Source: Eledone cirrhosa (Eukaryota). From it: a DNA stretch of 64,000 bases. Below, piece after piece: positions 1 to 13,600 of this stretch. The position numbers and the translations under genes were made by a program. How positions within the stretch are numbered: position 1 is the first letter of the stretch; every line of letters begins with the position of its first letter. Below the pieces are notes generated by a model, which saw nothing but the letters and a program-made list of their open reading frames with translations, did not search any database and was not told the origin of the DNA. The stretch covers positions 37,572,001 to 37,636,000 of the forward strand of contig OZ024746.1 in NCBI GenBank assembly GCA_964016885.1, written 5' to 3'.

Positions 1-1070
1 TGCTTTTTTTAAAAAAAGGGAATTTATTAGGTATTGACATATGTTTCTGTAACAGACGGAATACCTATGTATCGCTGCTTGCGTAATCATATAATGTTAG
101 CAAGTATTCGATAGCAAATCAGTTGTCACTTCTTCAGAGATTTTGGATAAATTGGAAAAAAACAGAAAAATTGAATTATTTATATTAGTTGTAATAGAGG
201 AAGAAGACAGGGGATAGTATATGACAGATGGTAATTCAATTTACTGCTAAACAAGTATATAAAGGGTTTCTAATGAAAATACAATGAGTAAATGGTTTAT
301 TTTATCTAAATAAGAATTTTTGGGAGTGCCTATTTTAATCTATACTTGACCAATTGAACAATGGATAGGGCTGGTCATTTGGTGTAGTAGTATTAATTAT
401 AAAGTGTCAATTAATGAAGGGGGAGATTTCGATTGCTCCTGAATAACATCAATGCTAGTAGCCAGCTGGTATATGCATTAGGGAATTGAATTAAGAAATC
501 TCATTTTATCTATAGCAGTTTATATTAAATGGTAAATAATAGAAGAGTTGATAGAATTAAGACTAATAGAGAATGTTAATATGTATTTTGACAATCAAAC
601 GGAGATGGAGACAGGCGTTCAATCCTGGTAGTATTTGTAACATGAAAATGTAGATTTTAAGCGATGGTTACAGTATAACGATCGCTCTATTCTGTTATTT
701 AATAAAATGTTTTTGGATATCATAATACAAAATAATTCCATTTACATAATTTACAAAATTCCTGTCCGTGGGAGTATGGAGGGGAAGACACTATTATATC
801 GCATTTTAGGTGAAATTGTTGGTTATTTTAACGCAGCTGCCAAGCCTTGTCTGCGAGTGTTGATAAATAACGCTGGTTTTCATGTTTTATCGAGTAACGA
901 TGTCTATAAAGGCGTGATTTGAAGGAGGTGGCTGTAGAACCCACATAGTACCACTTCTGGCTATCTGATTCGATTGTACATTTGTATATTATGTTGCGTT
1001 CAAGACACTGATTGTTCAACGGACACATTCCTGGTTGGACACAGTTACAGTTATAATTTTGCGTTGTATA
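1..1070 (-). mobile_element. 5'-truncated PLE: GIY-YIG endonuclease remnant (~640-1050) plus 3' UTR
   Basis: ORF 828-1028 CPLNNQCLERNIIYKC..YYVGST..FKSRLYRH matches PLE GIY-YIG. The 3' UTR recurs at ~1630-1890 (-) and ~42290-42920 (+). Confidence 0.85.
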
Positions 1071-1074
1071 TATA

Positions 1075-1106
<32 letters not shown>

Positions 1107-1155
1107 AAATAAAGTTAAATAAAAGTCAAATGATTAAAATTTAGCTTCGTTTATT

Positions 1156-1210
1156 ACTGCTATATATATTTCAGTGACAGCCATCTTTGGCTGTGACCTC
1201 TTCAGGCAGT
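1156..1210 (-). ncRNA. Type I hammerhead ribozyme in a pLTR fragment
   Basis: Reverse complement reads actgc-CUGAAGA-ggtcacagcc aaagat ggctgtcact-GAAA-tatata-UA-gcagt; stem I actgc/gcagt. Confidence 0.85.
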
Positions 1211-1321
1211 TTGAATTAGTATGGTATAGACAAGTACATATGTTGTTTAGGTGTATGATATTGTCAATACTCTGATATGCCCAGTTCCTTGTTGGGTTGT
1301 TAATTCACTGGGGAACTGGAG

Positions 1322-1374
<53 letters not shown>

Positions 1375-1487
1375 CACACATACATACATATACACAAATA
1401 TATACATATACATATACATATATATACACATACATACACACACACATACATATGCATATACACACATACACACACATACATATATTT

Positions 1488-1551
<64 letters not shown>

Positions 1552-1553
<2 letters not shown>

Positions 1554-2164
1554 CAGGTTATCAATAATATAGTGATAATATATCGTTACGTTAGAGATGA
1601 ACAGCGTACGTGCACGTTTGCTCAACGAGTATAAATTATATTCCGGAGAAAATGTAGAAAGGATGAATATAAAATGAAAGTGCTTTTTTTAAAAAGGAAT
1701 TTATTAGGTATTGACATATGTTTCTGTAACATACAAAATACCTATGTATCGCTGCTTGCGTAATCATATAATGTTAGCAAGTATTCGATAGCAAATGTAT
1801 AATCAGTTGTCACTTCTGCAGAGATTTTGGATACATTGGATAAAAATCAGAAAAATTGAACTATTTATATTAGTAATAGAGGAAGAAAAATTAAAATTTT
1901 GCGTTGTTGTATTGTCATGGATGGGTTGATGAGGTTGCTTATGTAGAACAGGATGTTGTTTGTTGTTTTGTGATGTTATAGCTAATGTTTTACGTGTATT
2001 GTTATGTGTTGGAAGGCGTTTATACAACCCTTTTGCGTTAAGCTTTTTTATATGTTGTTCAATATTAGGGACGGAGAATATGAAAGTCGAATAGTGTTAG
2101 GGTTTAAGATTTTATTATATTTATGTGATGTTGGAAAGTGTTTTTTAACTAATCGAAAGAATTT
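1552..2164 (-). mobile_element. Deleted PLE fragment (3' UTR copy plus RT-EN linker remnant)
   Basis: 1681-1890 is near-identical to 1-200. The minus frame reads KKHFPTSHKYNKILNPNTIRLSYS, homologous to DKHFPISHRYHKILNRSTIKLSFS in the 17760 ORF. Confidence 0.75.
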
Positions 2165-2205
2165 AGTATATACTTTCGAACGTTCAACTATCTGGCAGAT
2201 GGGTA

Positions 2206-2250
2206 AACGGTGCTGATGATAGCTAACAAGCTTGAAACTAGTACATCGTT
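2206..2250 (+). ncRNA. Minimal type I hammerhead ribozyme
   Basis: aacggtg-CUGAUGA-tagc taacaa gctt-GAAA-ctag-UA-catcgtt; 7-bp stem I, palindromic stem III. Confidence 0.9.
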
Positions 2251-2670
2251 CTTGTGTCAGTGTTGAACAAAAAGGTGACGTGGTTGCCTTAACACCGTAT
2301 GGCATAAATTCAGGCTGTTCAGTTTGTTTACAAACGAACAAAGCGACGTTATAATAAGCGCCGCTAAACTGATACGTGCATATATGTATGTGTACCTGTA
2401 TGCATATGTATATGTATATATATATATATATATGCATGCTACTGTACGTCTTATAAATATATGTATGTACGTATACATGCATACTTACATTTAAGTAAGT
2501 GCCATACTAAGAGTGAGAAATGAAATTTCGTTTTCATTTTGTTTCAATTTATCGTTTTCGGTATGCCTGACAGATTTAACTCACTCAATATGCAAATGAG
2601 GCTGCTCAGCCGTTAATTTTCATCAGGAAAGTATATACTTTCGAACGTTCAACTATCTGGCAGATGGGTA

Positions 2671-2715
2671 AACGGTGCTGATGATAGCTAACAAGCTTGA
2701 AACTAGTACATCGTT
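2671..2715 (+). ncRNA. Minimal type I hammerhead ribozyme (second copy)
   Basis: Identical to 2206-2250, 465 nt downstream. Confidence 0.9.
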
Positions 2716-2873
2716 CCTGTGTCAGTGTTGAACAAAAAGGTGACGTGGTTGCCTTAACACCGTATGGCATAAATTCAGGCTGTTCAGTTTGTTTACAAAC
2801 GAACAAAGCGACGTTATAATAAGCGCCGCTAAATTGATACGTGCATATATGTATGTGTACCTGTATGCATATG

Positions 2874-2904
<31 letters not shown>

Positions 2905-2961
2905 GTGTGCATGCTACTGTACGTCTGTATACATATATGTATGTACGTGTACATGCATACT

Positions 2962-3041
<80 letters not shown>

Positions 3042-4321
3042 TATATACACCCACACACACATATATATGTCTTAACATTAATTTAAACAGTGAATCCTAA
3101 TATTAGACATACGCTTCACAGAGGAAAATTTGAAAATGATATTAATGAGAACAAGCTTTAGGTTTTATCTTATCACGTTAACCACCAAACCAATGTTGAT
3201 GCACATTACTGTCGGAAACTCTTATTATTGTGCATTTGGCATCACCTATACATCAAATCATATAACGGACAGCATAGCAACTTTTGAGACATTGATGTCC
3301 GGCACGGTACTGAAAAGGTTGAGAAACATTTTTTTAAAGGAAACAACGTCAAGTGAAAACTGCTAGGTTTACAATGTTTACAATCGTTTGATTATGAATG
3401 AATATGGGTAAATATTTCTTTGAACATGCATGAGAATGTATGTTCCTACACATGTGACAAATTCGATGGTGCGCTTGAGATTGGTGTACGGAACTACAAC
3501 ATAGAGAATCTACGTTTATAATTATGTGATCGTGTCTATAGAGTAAATAGTTCTAATCCAGTGTAACTAGAAACAAGATAAAGATAAGGACACACGCAGA
3601 CCAGCTTAGCCACACACACACATACATATGTATATATATAGAGAGATAGATAGATAGATATGTGTGTGTATCTGTGTGTTAGTGTGATGCGTGTGTGTAA
3701 AACACGTATATATATGTGGGGGGTGCGCGTGTGTGCGTGCGTGTGTGTGTGTGTGTGTGTGTGCGTGTGTGAATGTATCAGCTATGTCATTAAAAGCAAA
3801 ATATTTTGCACCTAACCCTATTTCACAGCTCTTGCTCTATAAGGTTATGCCCTTAAGTCTAGACGGCAGTGATGACTACGCTTCTAAAAGCAAACGTGAT
3901 GGAAGCTTACCTACAGCGTACGACTATTTGCGATAAGCAATGTAGTCTCTAGAATTCCTTTTACAAATAATGCATTAGTAAATATTACTGGAATTTTCTT
4001 CCTTGATTTCCGCGTTCTTCTCAGGATATTCGAACGTAGCAATTTCACGTAAATCAAATAACTAGATGTATTACATATGAGACGTTACTCTTTAAACCTT
4101 TTTGGTGGTGATTACGTGGTGTGCATATTATCTTCGTTTTTTTCCGTTCTTTGCCAGGGAACGTTTCCACGAACCAAAGTATCGTCTTCCTGTCTTCCTT
4201 CGGTGGTAACGTTTTTCGAAATATTGCCTTCTGATTTCACAGATTGATTTTTTTAGTTTCAGAAGATCCCCTTAAGGGTGAAAGCAGCGATTCTTTGCTC
4301 AAACTTTAATCTGTTATTTTA

Positions 4322-4353
<32 letters not shown>

Positions 4354-4356
<3 letters not shown>

Positions 4357-6170
4357 TATTAAAACAATGAAATTAAACACAAAACTGTTAATTCATAGTA
4401 AAACACATTACTTTTAAAATATTTTTTACCATTCTCGATAAGCATTTCCCAACTAATCACAAATACCATCAAATCTTAAACATAAATACAGCAAAATGTT
4501 CTTCCTCCACATCGAGCAATATACAACAAAAAATAAGACCATATAACATCTATAAATGTAAAAAAGCTCCATCTATACCACACACAATAGCACACCACAC
4601 ACAAGATAACTATGGTAATACTACAACACATAACCAGAATATTACTGCATACCCAGCTGATAGACCCGCTCACTCACCTCACCAGCACAATATAGCAGAC
4701 GACAACCAACTACCATCTTCCTCATCCATAATAGGGACTAAGATTTACATACCCAATCTAACTAATAGCGTCCACAACAACCATGATTCCATAAACGCTA
4801 TATCAAGTATACTTTCGCCAACTAGCAACAATTCGGATTATAACCACCCTACCGTAAACCTTCTCTCCCCAATAAAATGGTAAACACAAATACTAGCACT
4901 ATTATTGAGAATATGGATAGCACATCTGAAACCCTATATGCAAACGGTTGTAATTGTAGAATAAAAGATAATTGCCCCTTAAATGGAAATTGCTTAATTA
5001 ATAATATAGTATATAAATGTGTAATCAACACTAAAGACTCTAATCAATCCTATATAGGATTCACTTCTAATCCATTTAAATCGAGATGTTATGCACACAC
5101 CCACAGTTTCCGAAACACAAAATTAGCAAATACCACTTCTTTAGCAGAGGCAGTTAATAATTGTAAAAAGAAGAATATTAAATATAACCTAACTTGGAAG
5201 ATTCTTAAGAGAACTATTTATTATCAGGGCAATAGAAGCGAGTGCGGACTATGTTCCCAAGAAATATTTGAAATTACTAAATCGAAGGACACTCTATTAA
5301 ATAAAAGACAATAATTAATTTTAGTATGTAACCATAACATTAGAAGGACATTCAAATATTATAAATACAACTAAACAAATATAGAAAAAGATATAGGTGA
5401 ATAAATGTGTGAGTATAGGTGTGTGTGTGAATATGTATAACTGTGTGTGTATATGCATATGCATACATGTATGCCTATATATAAACATGTGTGACTATAC
5501 ATGTGTATATATTTTTTATATTATATATTTTTCGAACAAATTATTCCTCACAACAAAGAAATAACTAACTTTTTAAGATTGTTCTATTCCATTCTACTTG
5601 ATGTAACACACTAATCTCAGTACCCCTTTTCCTCCAACCGTAATCTTCTTTGACCACAACACTATTATATACAATATGCCTAATTTCATTTACACTAACA
5701 ACTTTCATTGCTTTTCTTAAAATACATTTGATACCTTAACCACTGATGGCCTATTTATTTATCTACTACCACCAACCTTAAGGGTTTATACTGCCCTTTC
5801 CATTCTTAACATTGGTCAATTTCAACCTGGTTATAAAACCTTACTTATTCATATGTATGTTTTTGTGTATGTTTCAATAAAGAAAACTCATTATTTCCGA
5901 AGACGGCGGGTAGTGAAGACGTATGTAACTTTTACTTACTGTGATATTTTGTAATATGTTTTACATAGATCAATAATTGAATGATCGTAAAATAATGTGT
6001 TTTAATATAAATTAACAGTTTTTTGTTTAAATTCATTGTTTTAATATTTCTATTTCGACTCTGATCCAATTGAATTATATCGTTGATAAAAATGTTTGTA
6101 TTGTAAACTTTGCTTCACAACATCTTCTACATACGGATTACATTGGATTCTTTATAAGGTTTAGACCCTA
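4354..6170 (+). mobile_element. 5'-truncated PLE with GIY-YIG ORF 4877-5314 and a short inverted pLTR arm
   Basis: CNCRIKDNCPLNGNCLINNIVYKC..YIGFTSNPFKSRCYAH..CGLC. 4354-4425 is an inverted copy of ~5985-6047. Confidence 0.85.
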
Positions 6171-6193
6171 CCATTGAGTGGTAGATTTATCTG

Positions 6194-6255
<62 letters not shown>

Positions 6256-6261
6256 TGCATG

Positions 6262-6297
<36 letters not shown>

Positions 6298-6410
6298 CTA
6301 CATATGGTTCTAAGTAATTTCACTCCCTGTATTTTGACTCCGGTAATTTCACTTCCGACATTAAAAAGTAATAAAACGTAATAATACATCAGTATTATCA
6401 TTATCATTAT

Positions 6411-6490
6411 TTTACGAGGTCGATGAAATAAAGTACAAATAATACACTGGGTAATTGCTGGCCTTGTGCCTAAAGTAGAAACAATTATTT
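6411..6490 (+). mobile_element. tRNA-SINE 3' fragment
   Basis: gaggtcgatgaaataaagtac...gccttgtgcctaaagtagaaacaattatt matches the 3' half of the full copies. Confidence 0.8.
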
Positions 6491-6611
6491 TATCCGTTCA
6501 AAACATAAAACCAATACTCTAGTTGTAATATAAACAAGTAAATATACCGTAATTTAACGAAAAGGAAAACAAACATCACTAAAAGCCTCCTCTATTAATC
6601 TAATTCATAAT

Positions 6612-6797
6612 TGTTTCTACTATTGGCACAAAGCCAGAAATTACCCAGTACATTACTGGTACTTTATTTTATCGACCCCGTAAGGATGAAAGGCAAAGTT
6701 AACCTCGGCGGGATTTGAACTCAGAATGGCAAGGGCCGTAACTCTATGCGTCAAAGAATGGCGTCCGAACCTCTACCGATACTGCCAATCCACCACC
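6612..6797 (-). mobile_element. Full-length tRNA-derived SINE with 18-bp TSD
   Basis: Reverse complement has A box tggcagtatcggtag, B box gagttcaaatcc and central gcctttcatccttacggggtcgataaaa. TSD attaatctaattcataat at 6594-6611 and 6798-6815. Confidence 0.9.
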
Positions 6798-6859
6798 ATT
6801 AATCTAATTCATAATGCAATAATGTAAGTTAAAAATATGAATTATAATTTAATCATAAT

Positions 6860-7470
6860 AAAGATAAAATAAAAGGTACAGTAAAGTATAAAAATACTGC
6901 TAAAATTCATCTCATTTTCTGGATTATATGGTTCAATAATTATCTGCAGCCGTTTGTTTATATCGGCGGGATTTGAGGTTAGGTTTTCATTTCATCCTTA
7001 CGGGGTGTATAAAATATAGCACCAGTAATGCACTGGATTCGTTCTAATCACCCAAAATTGCTGGCCTTGTGCCTAAACCAGTCACTATTATTGTAGTTGT
7101 GTTGTTGAAGGTGATTTACCGTGTAATTTAATTTAATGAAACTATCATTTCAGTCATACATTCTGGTGTTTTTTTAATTTTATTTAAAGAGTGTACATAT
7201 CGTGATACATACCAGCCACATTCATTACTTTAAAAGGAAATATATATACACCATGCGTCACATTTTTGACAGTATCCGTGAAAGGAAGAAACTTGTAGAT
7301 GAAATGAGTTACGTATATGAATTTGCGAGGAGCGAACTGCGAATCGAATAAAAGTATGAAGACATAAACAAACGGCTGGAGATAATACTTGAGCGATATA
7401 ATCCAGAAAATAAGATAGATTTTAGTATTATATTAATGTTTTGTTTACTGTGCTTTTTCTTTTATCTTTA
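6860..7470. repeat. Old inverted repeat (6860-6962 / 7365-7470) enclosing a SINE fragment (6963-7090)
   Basis: ttttctggattatat..cagccgtttgttta versus taaacaaacggctg..atataatccagaaaa. Confidence 0.65.
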
Positions 7471-7512
7471 ATTCACATTTTCGACTGATGTGATTACACT
7501 CTTGTATTGGGT

Positions 7513-7683
7513 TAATTGTTTCTAATGTTGGCACAAGGCCATCAATTACCTCAGTGTATTACTGGTGCTTTATTTTATTAACTCCGTAAGGATGAAAGGC
7601 AAAGTTAACATCGGCGGCATTTGACTCAGATACTAAATGGCCGAAACTCTACGCTATAAAGCATGGCGTCTGACCACATACCG

Positions 7684-7685
<2 letters not shown>
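7513..7685 (-). mobile_element. tRNA-derived SINE, diverged
   Basis: Same family as 6612-6797. Confidence 0.8.
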
Positions 7686-7718
<33 letters not shown>

Positions 7719-8163
7719 CGTATGTGTGTGTGAGCGTGTTTGTGAGTGAGTGTGTATGTATGTATTGACCATGTGCATGTTGGTAAACATTCTGGTAACA
7801 CCGTCACGAATTTATAGGAAAACATGCCTTGGATTCTCATTCGTAACACAACATAAACTTACCTTTTATTAAGGTAGATTCTCGTCGGACGATGCTATCG
7901 CGCACATGAGGTGCATATATCAGCAAAATTCACAAGGAAATGTCCGTTTGGATTGATTGATTACCAATCTCAATCTTACACCAACATAAATCTTTCGAAG
8001 CATTTCTCTTTATTTGACTTCATTTTATTTTAGTACTTTTTACTAAGCTCTTTGTGCGTGTTTATGCGATTAGTTCCATCTTCTCAAGAATCTCTCTTCT
8101 TTTGCTCCACCCAGTTTTTTTTGTCTACACATAAATCCATACAACCCTCAATATAGATGTATA

Positions 8164-8252
<89 letters not shown>

Positions 8253-8345
8253 TTATATGTGTGTGTGTGTGTGTCGGTGTGAGTGCGTGCGTCTGTATAA
8301 TTACATATATATATACATATATATATGTATATATATATATATGCA

Positions 8346-8395
<50 letters not shown>

Positions 8396-9172
8396 ATATT
8401 TTACAATTTCACCTATTACAAGCCAAATATATATGTATATCAAGCAATCTATTTATCTCGCTCTCTGTTCCTGTGTCCCTATATACCACGACATTGGTTT
8501 CACCTCACCCATATTCATCATATCAGTAAATCCTTGAGTTATAGCTAACGTGTGTGAAGTCAACTTCGTTGATGCACAGCATACATAATCTACTATCCTG
8601 TTTCACCTCAGTTTTTGCTCAATCGTCTAATAAATTGTGTTGTCCGGACGGGATGCAATACCGTTCCGTTTTATTTTCCTTCTTATTCATGCAGCTATTC
8701 GTTTTTGTTTTTTCGTGTGTTTTAAACGACGTTATTTGTTGAATAATGTATGAGTGGATATATGGTTATTCTATCAGATTCTTTTTTTTATTAAACAATA
8801 TTTTATTCAGAACATTGAACCTTCGACAAGTTCAAGTCAATAATCCTAGGAAATAGGCGGGGTAAGAAGTGCCTACAAATCATGCTGAGTTTCGTCCCCT
8901 CTTTAAACATTTGCCATATACAAAATAGAAGGTCAACAATATATCTAAGCCCTTATTCTCAAGCTGTTAATGCAAGTAAAATTCTTATATTTCTTCGTCT
9001 CCTCATACTCCCCTAGTTCTTGTCTTCTACTCCTTCCCCCTCCTCCTCATAGTTCTTCTTCTTATACTACTACTAATACTACTACTAGTTACTACCACTA
9101 GTCCTCCCTATTCGCCGGACCCTTTCCCTACAGAGTTCAGCGTTTAATTTCTTCCGGTATCAGTAAAATAAT

Positions 9173-9355
9173 TGTTTCTACTTTAGGCACAAGGCTACCA
9201 ATTATCCAGTTCATTACTGGTACTTTATGTTATCGACCCCGTAAGGATGAAAGGCAAAGTCAACCTCGGCGGGATTTGAACTCAGACCGTAAAGGGATGT
9301 AACTATGCTGGAAAGCATGGCATCCGACCCTCTACCGATACTGCCAATCCACCGC
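9173..9355 (-). mobile_element. Full-length tRNA-derived SINE with 15-bp TSD
   Basis: TSD tatcagtaaaataat at 9158-9172 and 9356-9370; A and B boxes present. Confidence 0.9.
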
Positions 9356-10014
9356 TATCAGTAAAATAATGAACCCTTAATTACGAAGCTCGGTTTAGTT
9401 GACGTACTCCTCCTTTCAAATTACTCGCTAAGGTATATTGGTCTCGAACCCGGACGCTCATCAGGCTGGAGTTTATCCCGGTATCCATGGTGTCATGGAG
9501 CTGAAATTACACGACTTCACCTGGACAGTCGGTAATCGTGTCAACCTGGGTATACTGGAGCAACAGGAAATTAATTGTTTTGTTCAAGAACATAACAGAC
9601 ATGTCTGTCAAACACCCTTAGTAATACTTCTAATAAGAATATATATTTTTTAAACATATTAGCTATGGTGGTAGCATCGAATATCTTAACACTATCTTTT
9701 AAAACATAAATTATCTGATATCAATCATTATGAAAACCGCATCACACACTACCTGTAAATATATATATATATATATATATATACAGGTAGTGTGTGATGC
9801 TCGACATTTCGAACATGAAGCGCCTAGAAAGAGATGCATTTATAAGATGTACGTTGCTCAAGCGGAGAAATCAAATGCAATTACAGTCAGGTGTAATGAG
9901 ACACCATATATAATCGTGTAAATGTTTCAGAGACGGAAAAAATCTTTTCATCAACCGCTTCGAAGTATCGAACACTGTATCTCACAGATATAATGTATGT
10001 GTATATAAATATAC

Positions 10015-10062
<48 letters not shown>

Positions 10063-10067
<5 letters not shown>

Positions 10068-10243
10068 GAAGAGAGAAGAAACATTTAGATATAATTAGTA
10101 ATAAGATGTATCATACCTAAACTGCTCTAGATTCCTCGACTACGTAGTTTCGTGGCATGATCAAAAACAATACATCATAGAGATATAGAGCCTTTGTGAG
10201 GTCTGCCGACTTATCAAGAGGATACCTCATTTTACTAGCTACA
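10063..10243 (-). mobile_element. Fragment of the 591-nt HHR family, with HHR at 10133-10222
   Basis: Reverse complement reads tcctc-UUGAUAA-gtcggca...tgccac-GAAA-ctacgtag-UC-gagga; flanked by (TA)n. Confidence 0.85.
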
Positions 10244-10914
10244 ATTGTATATATATATATAAGTGTGTTTATACGTACGCACGTGTGTTTCTGCATCTAT
10301 GTACGTATTTATGCCTGTAAGTTTGTATATGTGTGTGAGTTTTTTATGGAGATACATAATCTCTTGTTTTCCGCTCGTGTTTTCGTCTTCTGTGCGAGAC
10401 GTTTTGTCTCTGCTCGAAAAGTGCAGATTCGAAATCTTGCCCTTTTTATCATATGGGCTTAAGAAATCTGTACAAACTTTGTTACCAATATTCTTACGTA
10501 TTACATGAAAATCACAAAATCTCATCTTTTCTATCAATGTTTTGAGTATATACGATGCAATATTAGAAATTGCTTGCAAGTTACAAATGTGAAAGGTACA
10601 CTGTAAAATTGAATAAAAGTCACCCTGAATTATTATTACAATTTGCATTGTAATATATATCGAAACAGCACATTGAAATTATATATGGCAAATTCTGTGA
10701 GTCGGAGACATAATGACTCTGAATATAATCTTCTAATCTAATATAACGTTGTGAAGCTAAATACACTGTGTGAAGCTATATCATATTTTAAATCATATAT
10801 TTTTGGCAAGTATCTAAAATTGATTTCATAAGTTTTAAATTGAGCCCTTCGCACCTGGATTGTAAATTGTGGTCGGTTCTACAAACAAAGTTATATCGGG
10901 TAAATGTGAGAGCG

Positions 10915-11038
10915 TTGCCTTTCATCCTAACGGGGTCGATACAAGAAGGTACAATTAATGCACTGGGTCCGATTTAATCGACTTTCCTCTTCCCAAAATT
11001 GCTGGTGTTTTGGTTAAATATGAAACCATTATTATTAA
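10915..11038 (+). mobile_element. SINE 3' half (related subfamily)
   Basis: ttgcctttcatcctaacggggtcgata...aaaattgctgg...attattatt. Confidence 0.7.
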
Positions 11039-12420
11039 TATTGAGAAAGAAACGTCATTATACCAATCAAATTTTGAGTTTGATATAACAGATACACGCT
11101 GTGTATTATTATATAAATAATTATATTTTCTGATTACTATAACCATTTGGCGTGATTGATATGTTAGAATGCCTGGAAAACTTACTTTTTAATATAGGAT
11201 CTTATATCTCAGATTTTGGGAAATAAACATGTTAATTTAGACTCTATGTTAAATTCTAGCAAATTCGTACACTAATAATGAATTGAACTAATCTTTCTAT
11301 CATGTTTGACAAAATAATTTGATGGAAAGAAAGAATGGTGCTTGTTATAATGATTTCGTGACAGATAAATTAAATACATCCGAGATTTTCGCAGTTTTTT
11401 TTTTTTTCTATTCCTGACACTAAATGTTTGATCAATTAAAACGTCTCTTCCGAATGTATAAAGTTATCACTTCATTTCAATAACATAACAGAAAATAATG
11501 TTATTTCTAATGCACCATTTGACCGATATTAAGCAGGTTCTCACGAATCCCCTAGGAAAATATCTAAGCTAGTGACATTTTCGGATACTTTAAACCTACT
11601 TCAATAATGGGAGCCATAACGTTTTAATGCATGCATATACGTTTTTGATTGAAGCAACTAATATTATTATATAGAAGCCAATTTATATACATATATATTT
11701 TCGTAATATAGAAATGCGTTAGTAAGAGCTAGTATAAATGTTTGGTTCTGAAAGTGTGTTTGTTTGCAAATGTGAATATATCTGGGTTTAAGAGCTTGAA
11801 TGATTGCATATGTATATGTGATCGACTGCCTAATTGTATATGTGCATCTATGAAAGTAAGTGTGTGTGTGTGGTGGTATATGTGGAAATGTTTGTGATTT
11901 TATGTGTACGTTTATGTGTCTGCATCTGTATATCAGTGTGTGTGAGTGTGTGTGTGAGCACATGTGTGTATCTAGGTATGCATGTATGAGTATGTGTGTA
12001 TGTGTGTCTGTGTGGATGCGTGTGTGTATGAGAATTCATATTTAGTCTTTCATGAAAACATCATTCCGATACTATACGTCATTTTCCGTTTCGCATAAAA
12101 AAATGCTTTGATATTTCTTACTTTGATGTTTCTCAGTTGGGGATTGAAATATTGAATACAAAAAATCTGCTGAAATCTGATTGATCATATGATGTCATCG
12201 AACAATTGTAATCTGATTGCAGAGAAATATAGCGTGATGCAATGGGATCTTTTCACTCGCTCTTCCTAAATGCATTTATCGCACCTCCTCTGAGGCTACT
12301 TGTATTCTAACTTCATTGAAAATTCAAATATATCTCATTCAGATTAAGGAAACACACTCACGCAATTGATGTGCACGAAATACGATTATGTATGCATGTA
12401 TGTATGTATGTATGTATATA

Positions 12421-12470
<50 letters not shown>

Positions 12471-12477
<7 letters not shown>

Positions 12478-12694
12478 ATACTTTGGGCGGGTCATGTATA
12501 TATATATATGTTGTTATATTTGGGAGGGTCATATATATATATATTGTTATACTTTGGGAGGGTCATGTTGCCAATAAGAAACACACGTACAAGCGTGTGT
12601 TTCTTATTGGCAACATGACCCTCCCAAAGTATAACAATATCGGTTTCAACACACGATTTCAGATAAAGAATCTTGCTAAACAAATTCAGAAACG

Positions 12695-12700
<6 letters not shown>
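12471..12700. mobile_element. Head-to-head pLTR-tail pair of the 49-57 kb PLE, preceded by two stuttered ~24-nt end fragments
   Basis: Palindrome centred at ~12590; sequence matches 53405-53515 and 57500-57548. Confidence 0.9.
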
Positions 12701-12725
<25 letters not shown>

Positions 12726-12727
<2 letters not shown>

Positions 12728-12880
12728 AGCGAGTTGGACCCCGACGGCTGAGCTACAGCCGTTTCGACGGATAATTCTGGACTAAATGAAAATGTGTATC
12801 CTATTACCCACTCTACTACCCTAAGTATTGAGTACTTTGGTGCGTTATGGTCCACCTGGTTCCTCGCCACGTTCCCTTCG

Positions 12881-12882
<2 letters not shown>
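12726..12882. mobile_element. Short two-arm element in (TA)n; family also at 16343-16432, 45480-45520, 47925-47965, 49167-49372, 57576-57632
   Basis: Shared gaccccgacggctgagc..agccgtttcg and ggtgcgttatggtcc..ccttcg(ta)n. The reverse complement carries GAAAC-stem III-GUC. Confidence 0.7.
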
Positions 12883-12944
<62 letters not shown>

Positions 12945-13498
12945 GTGTATGCATGTGTCACTGTTAGTGTGCACGCGTGAATGCGGGTGTACATGCGGGT
13001 GTGTGGTAATGTGTATTAACTATCCAATCATGCTGTTTTATAATGTCTAACCTCTGATTCCACTGCTTGAAAGGAAGGAAAAGGGAACAATTGCAAGAAA
13101 TACTAACCTTTATGACTGAAAAAAAAAGAAATATTAATAAATTAATGGATAAAAGTAACACAAAAGAAAACAAAATATCTACACGTGAATATAAATGTCT
13201 TCCTTGAACCTATAATACTAAGTAGCATTCGTATGTGGTTACTGGGAGTATGTACTCATATATAACCCTGTGTTATTTTATGCGGCGTCATTTTACTGCT
13301 GCGACAGCTGTGATATGACCACAGCTAACGCTATTCACATCGATATTATATTTATGTTTAGTATATATAAATATATTGTGTATGTTTACATATACGCCTC
13401 TATAAATATGCACACAGTGAAATACACACAAATAGACTCTCAGAGGCAAATCTGGATACACACATAAGCAATCGTATATATATAAAATAAGCACATTT

Positions 13499-13500
13499 AC

Positions 13501-13563
<63 letters not shown>

Positions 13564-13600
13564 CATTAGTAGTAGTAGTTAGTAGTAGTAGTAGTTAGTA
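13499..13600. repeat. (TAG)n microsatellite
   Basis: Seen directly. Confidence 0.95.

Larger units (their letters stand above)
2165..2965 (+). mobile_element. Retrozyme-like non-coding tandem element, 465-nt period, ~1.7 copies
   Basis: Direct repeat 2165-2488 / 2630-2965, each copy with an intact HHR; ends in (TA)n. Confidence 0.75.

Noticed and set aside
4255-4295. HHR-like cagaaga-tcccc ttaa gggt-gaaa; similar traces at ~7325 and ~46757
   Set aside because: Core mutated and stems I/III not convincing; at most fossils.
6612-9355. tRNA genes
   Set aside because: The A and B boxes belong to SINE heads with TSDs and tails.
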